From assembly GCA_002281555.1 (NCBI GenBank), contig NCGJ01000013.1, forward strand, positions 23,493 to 87,492: a stretch of 64,000 nt of DNA, written 5' to 3'. Position numbers and translations under genes: made by a program. How positions within the stretch are numbered: the stretch's first letter is position 1; each line of letters opens with the position of its first letter. The notes below the pieces were generated by a model. The model was not told where the DNA came from and ran no database searches. It was given only the letters and a program-made list of their open reading frames with translations. Below are positions 1-9,084 of this stretch, piece after piece. Origin of the DNA: Hydrogenophilales bacterium 28-61-23. GTDB taxonomy: Bacteria > Pseudomonadota > Gammaproteobacteria > Burkholderiales > Thiobacillaceae.

Positions 1-316
1 GCATGTAAATCACACCGATCGTCAGCAAGGATTGGCGACCTTCACGCCAGCCGGCGCCCAGGTAGATAAAGGAAATCGGCTCGCCGGCGCCGCCGCCCCG
101 GCTCGCGGCCAGATAGCCCGCGACGATGAAGGGCGACAGCACATGCACGGCCAGCGTGCCAATCAAGGGCACCATGCCTATCGCCATCAACACCAGAAAA
201 ACCAGCGCGGTCATGCCGGTCCAGGGCACTGGCGCGAGCATGAACAAGCGCCAGCCCGCCTTTACCCAGGCCATGCCGGCGGCGGCGGGAGGACGCGAAA
301 TGGTGAGTGGAATCAT
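1..316 (-). CDS. membrane protein, N-terminal part (gene runs off the left edge); possibly BPSS1780-like
   Basis: It is absent from the ORF track because it has no stop inside the window. A reverse-strand ATG at 316-314 opens a stop-free frame to position 1: MIPLTISRPPAAAGMAWVKAGWRLFMLAPVPWTGMTALVFLVLMAIGMVPLIGTLAVHVLSPFIVAGYLAA... The product has hydrophobic helices and GC-rich third codon positions. The family guess is from memory only. Confidence 0.45.
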   Translation of the reverse strand, partial: MIPLTISRPPAAAGMAWVKAGWRLFMLAPVPWTGMTALVFLVLMAIGMVPLIGTLAVHVLSPFIVAGYLAASRGGGAGEPISFIYLGAGWREGRQSLLTIGVIYM

Positions 317-397
317 GGAATTGCGGATAGATGTGACGCCCTGAATCGGCGGGTGCGTCGGTTGAAAAGGGGCCAGCGCCGAATATTTGTCTGGCGC

Positions 398-745
398 TTA
401 AAACGTGTGGATGACCCAGAGCGGCACCTGGAAGTTCGGCGACAGATCGTCGTACTTGCGCATCTGGCCATCTCCGCGCTGGTCGACCAGGTAATAGGGT
501 TTGCCGTGCGGCGGCGTGACCTTGATCATGTAAAGACGCCCTTTGACGCGGAACTCTTCGACCCGGTCATCGCCGCGTTTGATGATGGTGATTTTCGGTT
601 CCAGATCGGGATCGACCATGCCGGGCGGCGGTGGAAGGTCAGGCAGGGGTTCCAGGCGCGGGGCAGTGTCGGCGGCGAAGGCGTTGCCAACGAATGCCGG
701 GCTGATGAACAGAACGCTGGCGAGCAGGAAAGCGGGTGTGCGCAT
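398..745 (-). CDS. DUF2782-like small periplasmic protein
   Basis: This is the track ORF 398..1039, with the start moved to the internal ATG at 745. That start gives a signal peptide (MRTPAFLLASVLFISPAFVGNAFA). The mature part (ITIIKRGDDRVEEFRVKGRLYMIKVTPPHGKPYYLVDQRGDG) matches my memory of the DUF2782 family, which is often found next to polA. Confidence 0.7.
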   Translation of the reverse strand: MRTPAFLLASVLFISPAFVGNAFAADTAPRLEPLPDLPPPPGMVDPDLEPKITIIKRGDDRVEEFRVKGRLYMIKVTPPHGKPYYLVDQRGDGQMRKYDDLSPNFQVPLWVIHTF

Positions 746-832
746 GGGAATAACCTCGGTGAGTTGATTCGATTCTAGTCGGATCGGCCCTGGCTTGCCG
801 CCGGCATTAAGCTGCCCCGTCGCTATAGATCG

Positions 833-860
833 AAAAACAAAAAGCCGCCCGGGGGCGGCT
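833..860 (-). terminator. Rho-independent terminator downstream of polA
   Basis: On the minus strand it reads agccgcccCCgggcggct followed by ttttgttttt. The stem is 8 bp and GC-rich, followed by a T-run. Confidence 0.6.
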
Positions 861-1091
861 TGCGCGGTTGATCGTGGGATCAACCCCGTTTGCGACGAAC
901 CGCCCAGCCGACCAGACCGGATGGCTGGTGTGGTCAGGTCGGCGAAGTTGTCGTAGAAGATCGGTGCTGTGGTCAGGAGGCCGGACGCTGTGTCGAGGCT
1001 GGCGGGATCGATGTTCTTGCATGCCGCGAAGGTGTCCATCTGGAATCTGTAGGCTTGCGCTTGCCTGGCGATGCGCCGATGCAGGCGCTGC

Positions 1092-1124
1092 CTCAGTGTG
1101 CGCTCAGTGTGCGCTCAGTGTGCA
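1092..1124. repeat. 11-nt tandem repeat x3 overlapping the polA stop codon
   Basis: The plus strand reads ctcagtgtgcg ctcagtgtgcg ctcagtgtgca. The polA TGA (1117-1115) lies in the third copy. Confidence 0.85.
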
Positions 1125-3889
1125 GATTCCCAGTTCGCGCCGACGCCGACTTCCGCTTTCAACGGCACATTCAACCGCGCTACGCCGCACATTTTTTCCG
1201 GCAGGCCGACGCGCACGATTTCCAGTTCGGCTTCTGGCACTTCCAGCACCAGTTCGTCGTGTACCTGCATGATCAGTTTCGACTGTAGGCCGGCCGTATC
1301 CAGCCAACCCTGTGTCGCGATCATCGCCAGCTTGATCAGGTCGGCCGCCGTGCCCTGCATCGGCGCGTTGATCGCGGCGCGTTCGGCGCCCTGGCGACGC
1401 GGGCCGTTGGCGCGGATCTCGGGTAGATAGAGGCGGCGGCCGAACAGGGTTTCCACGTAACCGTCGGTTTTGGCTTGCTCGCGGGTGCGATTCATGTAGT
1501 CCAGCACGCCCGGATAACGGGCGAAATAGCGGTCGATGTACGCCTGCGCGACGTTGCGTTCGACATTGAGTTGCGCGCTCAAACCGAACGCGGACATGCC
1601 GTAGATCAGACCGAAGTTCACCGCCTTCGCCATCCGCCGCATGTCCGGCGTAACGGCGTCGAGCGCGACGCCCTGCACTTCGGCGGCGGTGGCGGCGTGG
1701 ATGTCGGCGTCCATCGCGAAGGCCTTGAGCAGGCTTTCGTCGCCGGACAGGTGCGCCATGATGCGCAGCTCGATCTGCGAGTAGTCGGCGGAGACGATGA
1801 CGCAGCCCGGTTCGGCGATGAACGCCTCGCGGATCTTGCGGCCTTCCATGCTGCGCACCGGAATATTCTGCAGATTCGGGTCGTTGGACGACAGCCGTCC
1901 GGTCACCGCCACGGCTTGCGAATACGTGGTGTGGACACGGCCGGTGCGCGGATTGACCATGCCCGGCAGCTTGTCGGTGTAGGTCGATTTCAGCTTGGCC
2001 AGGCCGCGGTAGTCGAGGATCAGCTTGGGCAGCGGGTGATCGAGGGCGAGTTCCTGCAGCGCATCTTCATTGGTCGAGGGCGCGCCGCCCGGTGTTTTTT
2101 TCTTCGGTTTCAGGCCGAGTTGGTTGAACAGAATCTCGCCCAGTTGCTTGGGCGAATTCAGGTTGAACGGCTGGCCGGCGGCCTGATGCGCGCGGGCTTC
2201 CAGTTGCATCATCTCCAGCGCCAGCGTGCCGGAATGGGCGCGCAGCAGCTCGGCGTCGAGCTTGACGCCGGTGCGCTCGATGCGACACAGGATCGGCAAC
2301 AGCGGCATTTCGATAGCGCGGTAAACCGATTCCAGCTTCGGCTCCGCCAGCAGCGCCGAGTGCATGTTCCGGTGCAGGCGCAACGTGATGTCGGCGTCCT
2401 CGGCGGCGTAGGCGCTGGCGTGTTCGACCGCGACCTGATCGAAGCCGATCTGGCCGGCGCCCTTGCCGCAAACCTCCTCGTACTTGATGGTCTTCTCGCC
2501 CAGATGGCGCGCCGCCAGCGTGTCCATGTCGTGGCGTTCGTGCGCTTCCAGCACATAGCTTTGCAGCAATGTGTCATGCGCGATGCCCTGCAGGTCGATG
2601 CCGTGGTTCATCAGCACATGCCAGTCGTATTTCAGGTTCTGGCCGACCTTCGCCTTGTTGGCGTCTTCCAGCAGCGGTTTCAGCCGAGCGAGCGTGGCTT
2701 CGAGCGCAAGTTGCGTCGGCGCGCCGGCATAGTGGTGCGCCAGCGGCAGGTAGGCCGCTTCGCCCGGGCTGATCGAAAACGACATGCCGACCAGTTTCGC
2801 CGCCATCGGGTCGAGGCTGGTGGTTTCGGTGTCGAGGCAGATCAGGTCGGCGGCGGCGAGTTTGTCCAGCCAGTGCGTCAGCGCGGTCTCATTGAGGATG
2901 GTTTCGTAATGGCGCGGGGTTATTGCCCCCTCCCCCGCAAGCGGGGGAGGGCTGGGGAGAGGGAGCAGCGGTTGATCTGGAGAAAACGCTTGAGTAGCGC
3001 TCGTCCCCTCTCCCCCAGCCCCTCCCCCGCTTGCGGGGGAGGGGAGCGAAACCTCCCGCAACCAGGTTCGAAAACCATACTTCTCGAACAACTCGGCCAG
3101 TTTTTCGCGGTCTTCCGCGCCCCAACCGAGGTCGTTGGGATGCAAATCCAGCGCCACATCGGTCTTCACCGTAATCAGCTTGCGCCCCATCGGCAGCCAA
3201 TCCAGCGCATTGCGCAGGTTTTCGCCGACCGCGCCCTTGACCTCGCCGGCGCGCGCGATCAGCGCGTCAAGATCGCCGTATTCGGCCAGCCATTTGACCG
3301 CCGTCTTCGGCCCGACCTTGGACACGCCGGGCACGTTATCCACCGTGTCGCCGATCAACGTCAGGTAATCGACGATGCGCGCCGGCGGCACGCCGAACTT
3401 GGCCAGCACGCCGGCTTCGTCGAGCACCTCGTTGGTCATCGTGTTGATCAGGCGAACCTGGCTGGTGACCAGTTGCGCCAGATCCTTGTCGCCGGTGGAG
3501 ACCACCGCCTGCATGCCGGCTTCCTCTGCTTGCCGGGTCAGGGTGCCGATGACGTCGTCCGCCTCGACGCCGTCGATCATCAACAACGGCCAGCCCAGCG
3601 CTCGCACCGCCTCATGCAGTGGCGCGATCTGGCAGGCCAGCTCGTCCGGCATCGATGGGCGATTGGCCTTGTATTCGGGAAACCAGTCATCGCGGAAGGT
3701 TTTGCCCTTGGCGTCGAAAACGCAGGCGGCATAAGCCGTGGGGTAATCCTTGCGCAAGCGCTTGAGCATGTTGATGACGCCATACATCGCCCCGGTTGGC
3801 TGGCCTTGCGGATTGCGCAGATCGGGCAGGGCGTGGAAAGCGCGGTAAAGGTAGGACGAACCGTCCACCAGCAAGAGGGTGTGCGACAT
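1115..3889 (-). CDS. polA: DNA polymerase I
   Basis: The ORF is 924 aa. It has a 5'-3' exonuclease N-terminus (LLLVDGSSYLYRAFHA), a 3'-5' exonuclease motif (CLDTETTSLD) and polymerase motifs (DYSQIELRIMAH, QVHDELVLE). The ATG is at 3889. Confidence 0.97.
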   Translation of the reverse strand: MSHTLLLVDGSSYLYRAFHALPDLRNPQGQPTGAMYGVINMLKRLRKDYPTAYAACVFDAKGKTFRDDWFPEYKANRPSMPDELACQIAPLHEAVRALGWPLLMIDGVEADDVIGTLTRQAEEAGMQAVVSTGDKDLAQLVTSQVRLINTMTNEVLDEAGVLAKFGVPPARIVDYLTLIGDTVDNVPGVSKVGPKTAVKWLAEYGDLDALIARAGEVKGAVGENLRNALDWLPMGRKLITVKTDVALDLHPNDLGWGAEDREKLAELFEKYGFRTWLREVSLPSPASGGGAGGEGTSATQAFSPDQPLLPLPSPPPLAGEGAITPRHYETILNETALTHWLDKLAAADLICLDTETTSLDPMAAKLVGMSFSISPGEAAYLPLAHHYAGAPTQLALEATLARLKPLLEDANKAKVGQNLKYDWHVLMNHGIDLQGIAHDTLLQSYVLEAHERHDMDTLAARHLGEKTIKYEEVCGKGAGQIGFDQVAVEHASAYAAEDADITLRLHRNMHSALLAEPKLESVYRAIEMPLLPILCRIERTGVKLDAELLRAHSGTLALEMMQLEARAHQAAGQPFNLNSPKQLGEILFNQLGLKPKKKTPGGAPSTNEDALQELALDHPLPKLILDYRGLAKLKSTYTDKLPGMVNPRTGRVHTTYSQAVAVTGRLSSNDPNLQNIPVRSMEGRKIREAFIAEPGCVIVSADYSQIELRIMAHLSGDESLLKAFAMDADIHAATAAEVQGVALDAVTPDMRRMAKAVNFGLIYGMSAFGLSAQLNVERNVAQAYIDRYFARYPGVLDYMNRTREQAKTDGYVETLFGRRLYLPEIRANGPRRQGAERAAINAPMQGTAADLIKLAMIATQGWLDTAGLQSKLIMQVHDELVLEVPEAELEIVRVGLPEKMCGVARLNVPLKAEVGVGANWESAH
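2926..3044. repeat. REP/MITE-like imperfect inverted repeat inside the polA linker
   Basis: The arms are 2926-2964 (ccccctcccccgcaagcgggggagggctggggagaggga) and 3004-3044 (tcccctctcccccagcccctcccccgcttgcgggggagggg). They are reverse complements of each other apart from two 1-nt indels. Each arm also holds its own palindrome, cctcccccgc-NN-gcgggggagg. Confidence 0.85.
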
Positions 3890-3985
3890 GGGCCGTATCC
3901 ATCGAAAGTCGGGAGAGTTCGCGCAAAGCGCGGGGCTAGATTAAGCCCGCTTTGGCTGGGTCGAATCAACGGCTCGCGCAATGGG

Positions 3986-4025
3986 CGCAAAAACAAACGG
4001 CACGCCGATGGTCGGCGTGCCGTTT
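3986..4025 (-). terminator. Rho-independent terminator after the 4037..5134 gene
   Basis: The hairpin is aaacggcacgccga-tgg-tcggcgtgccgttt (14-bp stem, 3995-4025). On the minus strand it is followed by tttgtttttgcgc. Confidence 0.7.
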
Positions 4026-4036
4026 GTCGCGCAACT

Positions 4037-5134
4037 TCAGTTCGGTGCGCAGACGTACATGCGGCCCGGGCGGTCGCCGTTGCGGCATTGTTTCGGCGTG
4101 GCGTCCTTGTAGACGCAGCCGCTGAGCTGGCAGACCGCCACCTTGCCGGCCATGTCCTGGTCGCAGTACTCGCTCAGGGGTTCCGGAGATTTGTGTTTTT
4201 TCAGGTCGAAGCCGTCGCAGCCGTCGTAATCCACCGTTTGCCAGGTGCCGCCATTCCAGGCTGGCGGCGCCATGGTTTCCTTCGGCGCAACATCCTGGGC
4301 GGGGGCGGGCTCGTTAGCCGGAGCGGGCGTGGCAATGGGCTGCTTGCTTTCAGGCTCGCCGCTTTCGCCGCCAATTTTCAACAGGGAAAGCTTGTAGCTG
4401 CCGGTCTGCGATTTGTCGCTGGTGCCATCGGATACCAGAACGGTATGCACACCCTGGGTTTTGACCTTGTAAGCAATCGCGCCCACGTCATAACCATGGC
4501 CGCTGTCGATATAAGCGCCGCTCGGCCCATAAAGCGCGATCAATGGATAAAAGTTGTTTTTGCCGGTGTCGGCGATGCGTAGATTGACGGTTTCGCCGAT
4601 GTTGGCGCTAAAGGTGTAGGAGTCGATGTCGCCCAAATCGATCGCGCCCTGCCTCGCTTCGCCGTTGACCAGCACACCGTCCTCATTGGCGCCGGGAACC
4701 AGGGCAAAGTGAATCAGGTAGCCGCCGACCTGGGACTTGTCGGAAGTGCCATCGGACACCACGATTCGATAAACGCCGTTTGCTTTGGCCTGGTGGCTTA
4801 TCGCGCCCACGTCATAGCCATGGCCGCTGTCGATGTAGGCGCCGGTCGGTCCATACAAGGCGATCAACGGGTGAAAAGCGCTCTTGCCGGTATCGACAAT
4901 GCGGAGATCGAAATGCTCGCCTTCCTTGGCGCTGAAGGTATAGGTCTCCATGTCGCCCGCGGTCGATATGGCGCCCTTCACGACATCGCCATTGATCAGC
5001 GCGCTGGCGTTTGAAACGGGCGCGACGCCAATCATCAAGGCCATTGCGAGGCAGGTTGTCTGGATGCGGTAGAGCGGACGGCGCTTGCTGGCAAAGCGAG
5101 CCGTCGGACGAACGAAAAGCCGTGTGGCAAGCAT
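4037..5134 (-). CDS. secreted protein with two tandem PPC-like beta-sandwich repeats and a Cys-rich C-terminal domain
   Basis: The ORF is 365 aa with a signal-like N-terminus (...CLAMALMIGVAPVSNASA). Two ~115-aa repeats follow (GDVVKGAISTAGDMETYTFSAKEGEHFDLRI...SDGTSDKSQVGGY and GEARQGAIDLGDIDSYTFSANIGETVNLRI...SDGTSDKSQTGSY). They resemble bacterial pre-peptidase C-terminal domains. A P/A-rich linker leads to a last ~75 aa with 6 Cys. Confidence 0.6.
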   Translation of the reverse strand: MLATRLFVRPTARFASKRRPLYRIQTTCLAMALMIGVAPVSNASALINGDVVKGAISTAGDMETYTFSAKEGEHFDLRIVDTGKSAFHPLIALYGPTGAYIDSGHGYDVGAISHQAKANGVYRIVVSDGTSDKSQVGGYLIHFALVPGANEDGVLVNGEARQGAIDLGDIDSYTFSANIGETVNLRIADTGKNNFYPLIALYGPSGAYIDSGHGYDVGAIAYKVKTQGVHTVLVSDGTSDKSQTGSYKLSLLKIGGESGEPESKQPIATPAPANEPAPAQDVAPKETMAPPAWNGGTWQTVDYDGCDGFDLKKHKSPEPLSEYCDQDMAGKVAVCQLSGCVYKDATPKQCRNGDRPGRMYVCAPN

Positions 5135-5280
5135 CGTTTTTCCCTTCTGCTTGAGTGGAGTCCTGGCCTATTTTACCGACGGCCGATTATAAGAATGTGT
5201 CCGCCAGAGCAATTGCCGCGCGCTTTTCCTCGCGCCATGGCGGGATAGAATCCGGGCGCTTTCCATCACCTGGCACAGCC

Positions 5281-6009
5281 ATGAGCAAACCCAAACTTCC
5301 CAATCTGTTCGATCCTGGCGGCGGCCAGGAAGCCCGGCTGTCCGCGCGCGAGTCGTGGCGCATGTTCGAGATCATGTCCGAGTTCGTCGAAGCGACCGAG
5401 CGGCTGGCGCCGATCCGGCCGGCGGTGAGCATCTTCGGCAGCGCGCGCACGCCGCCCGATTCGGCCTATTACATGCTGACCGAGATCATCGCCCGAAAAT
5501 TGTCGGACGCGGGCTTCGCGGTGATTTCCGGCGGCGGCCCGGGCGTGATGGAAGCCGCCAACAAGGGCGCGTTCTTCGGCAAGTCGCCCAGCGTCGGCCT
5601 CAACATCCAGCTGCCGCATGAGCAACACACCAACCCGTATCAGGACGTCAGCCAGACCTTCCGCCACTTCTTCGCGCGCAAGGTGATGTTCGTCAAATTC
5701 GCCAGCGCATACGTGGTGATGCCGGGCGGCTTCGGCACGCTGGACGAGTTGATGGAAGCGCTGACCTTGGTGCAAACCGGCAAGACCCGGCGCATTCCCA
5801 TCATTCTGGTGCAATCCAGCTTCTGGGGCGGCCTGGTCGATTGGTTCCGCGACCGTCTGGTCGGCGAGGGCATGATCAACCCGGAGGACATGGATTTGAT
5901 CCGGGTCATCGACGAACCGGAACAGGTCGTCGAGGCGATCTTCCAGCATTACGAAACGCGCGGTTTCGAACCTTCGCCGCAGGAACGGGAAATCCTGCTC
6001 AATCTTTGA
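5281..6009 (+). CDS. LOG / TIGR00730-family Rossmann-fold nucleotide-binding protein
   Basis: It carries the GGGPGVMEAANKGA and PGGFGTLDELMEALTLVQTGK motifs. The start was moved from the track start 5155 to ATG 5281 (MSKPKLPNLF). Confidence 0.85.
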   Translation: MSKPKLPNLFDPGGGQEARLSARESWRMFEIMSEFVEATERLAPIRPAVSIFGSARTPPDSAYYMLTEIIARKLSDAGFAVISGGGPGVMEAANKGAFFGKSPSVGLNIQLPHEQHTNPYQDVSQTFRHFFARKVMFVKFASAYVVMPGGFGTLDELMEALTLVQTGKTRRIPIILVQSSFWGGLVDWFRDRLVGEGMINPEDMDLIRVIDEPEQVVEAIFQHYETRGFEPSPQEREILLNL

Positions 6010-6036
6010 GGTTGCGCGCTCCGCGCTCGGCGGAAT

Positions 6037-7116
6037 CTAGACGTGGAACGCCCGGCTTTTCTCGCGCACCGTTTCCACCAGCACGGACACATTTTCCGGT
6101 GGCGTGAACTGCGAAATGCCGTGGCCCAGGTTGAAGATATGGCCGGAACCGTGGCCGTAGCTGGCTAGAACCTGCTCGGCTTCCTTCGCCACGGCTTCCG
6201 GCGTGGTGAGCAATATGCTCGGGTCCATATTGCCTTGCAGCGCAACCCCTTGGTGTCCAGCCCTGTCGCCAACACGGCGACGGGCATCGCCGATATCTAT
6301 CGTCCAGTCCAGGCCGACCGCGTCGCAACCGCAAGCCGCGATTTTTTCCAGCCACAGCCCGCCGCCCTTGGTGAACACGATGCGCGGCACGGTGCGGCCA
6401 TCGCGTTCCCGCGTCAGCGCGGCCATGATGCGAGCCATGTAGGGCAGGGAGAATTCCAGATAGGCCGCTTGCGACAGCATGCCGCCCCAGGAATCGAACA
6501 CCATCACCGCCTGCGCGCCGGCTTCGATCTGCGCATTCAGGTAATCGATGACCGCGCGCGTGGTCACTTCCAGAATGTGATGCATCAGGTCGGGCCGGCC
6601 GTACATCATCTTCTTGACTTGGGTGTAGCTGTCGCTGCCCTGGCCCTCGATCATGTAGCAGGACAGCGTGAACGGGCTGCCGGAGAAGCCGATCAGCGGC
6701 ACCGAGCCATCCAGCGCCTTGCGGATTTCCGCCACCGCGTCGATCACATAGCGCAGATGGTCGTGCGGATTCGGCGCTTGCAGGTCGCGGATGGCCCATT
6801 CCTCACGCAGCGGCCGCTCGAATTTGGGGCCTTCGCCCTCGGCGAAATACAGGCCCAGGCCCATCGCGTCGGGCACGGTGAGGATGTCGGAGAACAGAAT
6901 CGCCGCGTCCAGGTTGTAGCGCGCCAGCGGTTGCAGGGTGACTTCCGTCGCCAGCGAGGGCGATTTGCACAGATTCAGGAAGCTGCCGGCGCGGGCGCGC
7001 GTGGCGCAGTATTCGGGCAAGTAGCGGCCTGCCTGGCGCATCAGCCAGGTCGGCGTGTATTCGGTCGGCTGGCGCAGCAGGGCGCGGAGGAAGGTATCGT
7101 TTTTGAGGGCGGACAT
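6037..7116 (-). CDS. hemE: uroporphyrinogen decarboxylase
   Basis: The ORF is 359 aa. Its N-terminus, [36 protein letters not shown], is typical of HemE. Confidence 0.95.
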   Translation of the reverse strand: MSALKNDTFLRALLRQPTEYTPTWLMRQAGRYLPEYCATRARAGSFLNLCKSPSLATEVTLQPLARYNLDAAILFSDILTVPDAMGLGLYFAEGEGPKFERPLREEWAIRDLQAPNPHDHLRYVIDAVAEIRKALDGSVPLIGFSGSPFTLSCYMIEGQGSDSYTQVKKMMYGRPDLMHHILEVTTRAVIDYLNAQIEAGAQAVMVFDSWGGMLSQAAYLEFSLPYMARIMAALTRERDGRTVPRIVFTKGGGLWLEKIAACGCDAVGLDWTIDIGDARRRVGDRAGHQGVALQGNMDPSILLTTPEAVAKEAEQVLASYGHGSGHIFNLGHGISQFTPPENVSVLVETVREKSRAFHV

Positions 7117-7277
7117 GATGGGCTCGAAAAATGAACTGCCACATTCTACCGGAGGGGTCTTGGCTGCCGGGCGACATCGGCGCGGGCTGGGTTTGCCCGG
7201 TAGCGCGCCGCGTCGTCGGGCATCGACGCAGCCGGTGTAGACGGGGTTTCTTTGTCAGGCCCGGCGCGGCTGGCCGT

Positions 7278-7724
7278 TCAGTGTTTGCCGGTGCTGCCGA
7301 AACCGCCTTCGCCGCGATGGCTGGCGTCGAAGTCGTCCACGATGTTGAACTGCGCCTGAACCACCGGCACGATGACCATCTGCGCGATGCGCTCGAACGG
7401 CTGGATGACAAAAGCTTCATGGCCCCGATTCCACATCGACACCATCAACTGGCCCTGGTAATCGGAGTCGATCAGCCCGACCAGATTGCCCAGCACGACG
7501 CCATGCTTATGGCCCAAACCCGAGCGCGGCAGGATCATCGCGGCATAGCCGGCATCGGCCAGATGCAGCGCCAGCCCGGTCGGGATCAGCTTGGTCTCGC
7601 CCGGATTCAGGCTTACCGCCTCGTCCAGACAGGCGCGCAGATCGAGGCCGGCGCTGCCCGGCGTGGCGTAATGGGGAAGTTGCGCGCGGACGCGTTCGTC
7701 CAGAATTTTGAGATCGACTTGCAT
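7278..7724 (-). CDS. dut: dUTP diphosphatase
   Basis: The sequence [12 protein letters not shown]...GSAGLDLRA...RSGLGHKHG...[10 protein letters not shown]...[10 protein letters not shown] shows all dUTPase motifs. The start was re-picked at ATG 7724. Confidence 0.95.
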   Translation of the reverse strand: MQVDLKILDERVRAQLPHYATPGSAGLDLRACLDEAVSLNPGETKLIPTGLALHLADAGYAAMILPRSGLGHKHGVVLGNLVGLIDSDYQGQLMVSMWNRGHEAFVIQPFERIAQMVIVPVVQAQFNIVDDFDASHRGEGGFGSTGKH

Positions 7725-7740
7725 AGGGGTTCCGTAAAAG

Positions 7741-8928
7741 TTACTGGTAATGCGTGTTGTAAAGCTGGGCGACATGCGTGATCAGCCGGCGCGCCTGGGT
7801 GAGTTTGTCGGCTTTTTCCAGTACATGGCGGCCAGCCTCGTCGAGCAGAATCAACTGCACATCCTCGGCGCCGACCGCCTCACGAACGTCGTTGGCGACG
7901 ATCAGCGGCAGATGTTTGCGGCGGCGTTTCAGTTCGGCGTATTCCTCCATGTTCTCGCTTTCGGCGGCGAAACCGACACAGAACGGCGGTTTCGGCCGGC
8001 TGCTGATATTGGCCAGGATGTCCGGGTTCGGCGCCAGCTCCAGGGTCAGGATGTGGGCGTCCTTCTTGATCTTCTGTTCGCTTGGATTCAGCACGTAATA
8101 GTCGGCCACCGCCGCGACGCTGATGAAAATGTCTGTGGCGTCGGCCTCTTTTTCGACCTCCGTCAGCATCTGCTGCGCGCCCAGGATGTTGATGACGCGA
8201 GCCTCGCGCGGCGGCGTCAGACAGGTCCGCCCGGTGATCAACGTCACTTCCGCGCCGGCTTCCAGCGCCGCCCGCGCCACCGCGTAACCCATGCGGCCGG
8301 AACTGGGATTGGTGATGCCACGCACCGCGTCGATGGCCTCGAAGGTCGGCCCGGCGGTGACCAGCACCTTGAGTCCGTTCAATTGCTTGGGCTGGAAGCG
8401 CGCGACGATGGCCTCGACCAGCGCCTCCGCCTCCAGCATGCGGCCGAAACCGGTTTCGCCGCAGGCCTGCTCGCCGCTGTCCGGCCCGATCAGGCTGACG
8501 CCATCGAGCAGCAGTTGCGCCGCATTGCGTTGCGTCGCCGGGCTTTCCCACATCTGCCGGTTCATCGCCGGCGCCACCAGCAGCGGGCAATCGCGCGCCA
8601 GGCATAGTGTCGAGAGCAGATCGTCGGCCCGGCCCTGCGCCAGTTTGGCGAGAAAGTCGGCGGAAGCCGGCGCCACCACGATGGCATCCGCGCCCCGGCT
8701 CAGGTCGATATGCGCCATGCCGTTATCGACCCGCTCGTCCCACAGATCGGTGAACACCGGATGTCCGGTCAACGCCTGGAACGTGGCCGGGCCGACAAAA
8801 TGCCGCGCCGCCGACGTGCACACGACCTGAACATCGATGCCCTCTTTCACCAGCAAGCGCGCCAGTTCGGCGGCCTTGTAGGCGGCCACGCCGCCGGTCA
8901 CACCCAATACGATCCGTTTCAGTTGCAT
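7741..8928 (-). CDS. coaBC: bifunctional phosphopantothenoylcysteine decarboxylase / phosphopantothenate-cysteine ligase
   Basis: The ORF is 395 aa. It has an N-terminal flavoprotein motif ([22 protein letters not shown]) and a C-terminal CoaB part ([25 protein letters not shown]). It sits directly upstream of dut, as in many proteobacteria. Confidence 0.95.
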   Translation of the reverse strand: MQLKRIVLGVTGGVAAYKAAELARLLVKEGIDVQVVCTSAARHFVGPATFQALTGHPVFTDLWDERVDNGMAHIDLSRGADAIVVAPASADFLAKLAQGRADDLLSTLCLARDCPLLVAPAMNRQMWESPATQRNAAQLLLDGVSLIGPDSGEQACGETGFGRMLEAEALVEAIVARFQPKQLNGLKVLVTAGPTFEAIDAVRGITNPSSGRMGYAVARAALEAGAEVTLITGRTCLTPPREARVINILGAQQMLTEVEKEADATDIFISVAAVADYYVLNPSEQKIKKDAHILTLELAPNPDILANISSRPKPPFCVGFAAESENMEEYAELKRRRKHLPLIVANDVREAVGAEDVQLILLDEAGRHVLEKADKLTQARRLITHVAQLYNTHYQ

Positions 8929-9084
8929 AGCCTTGGCTGCCCCAGGTTGGTCGAACAGACTTACATCGTTTCAAAATCCGGCCGGAATTGTAGGCCAGCC
9001 GGCCCCGCTACCGGATGCCGCCGAGCGCAAGCCGATTCGGGCAAACTTCATGCTCAGGACTCAACCCGCCCCGGAAACCGACCC

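Noticed and set aside
746-1039. N-terminal extension of the DUF2782 ORF to a 213-aa protein
   Set aside because: The extension would place the signal peptide in the middle of the protein and would read through the polA terminator hairpin. The internal ATG 745 gives a normal exported protein. The coding-like first 45 codons are reported separately as a low-interest finding.
1475-4582. 1035-aa ORF on the plus strand, the longest ORF in the track
   Set aside because: It is exactly antisense to polA and to the 4037..5134 gene. Its composition is the R/G/A/H/Q-rich mirror typical of antisense frames in GC-rich DNA, and it has no recognisable motifs. The opposite strand carries an unmistakable polA.
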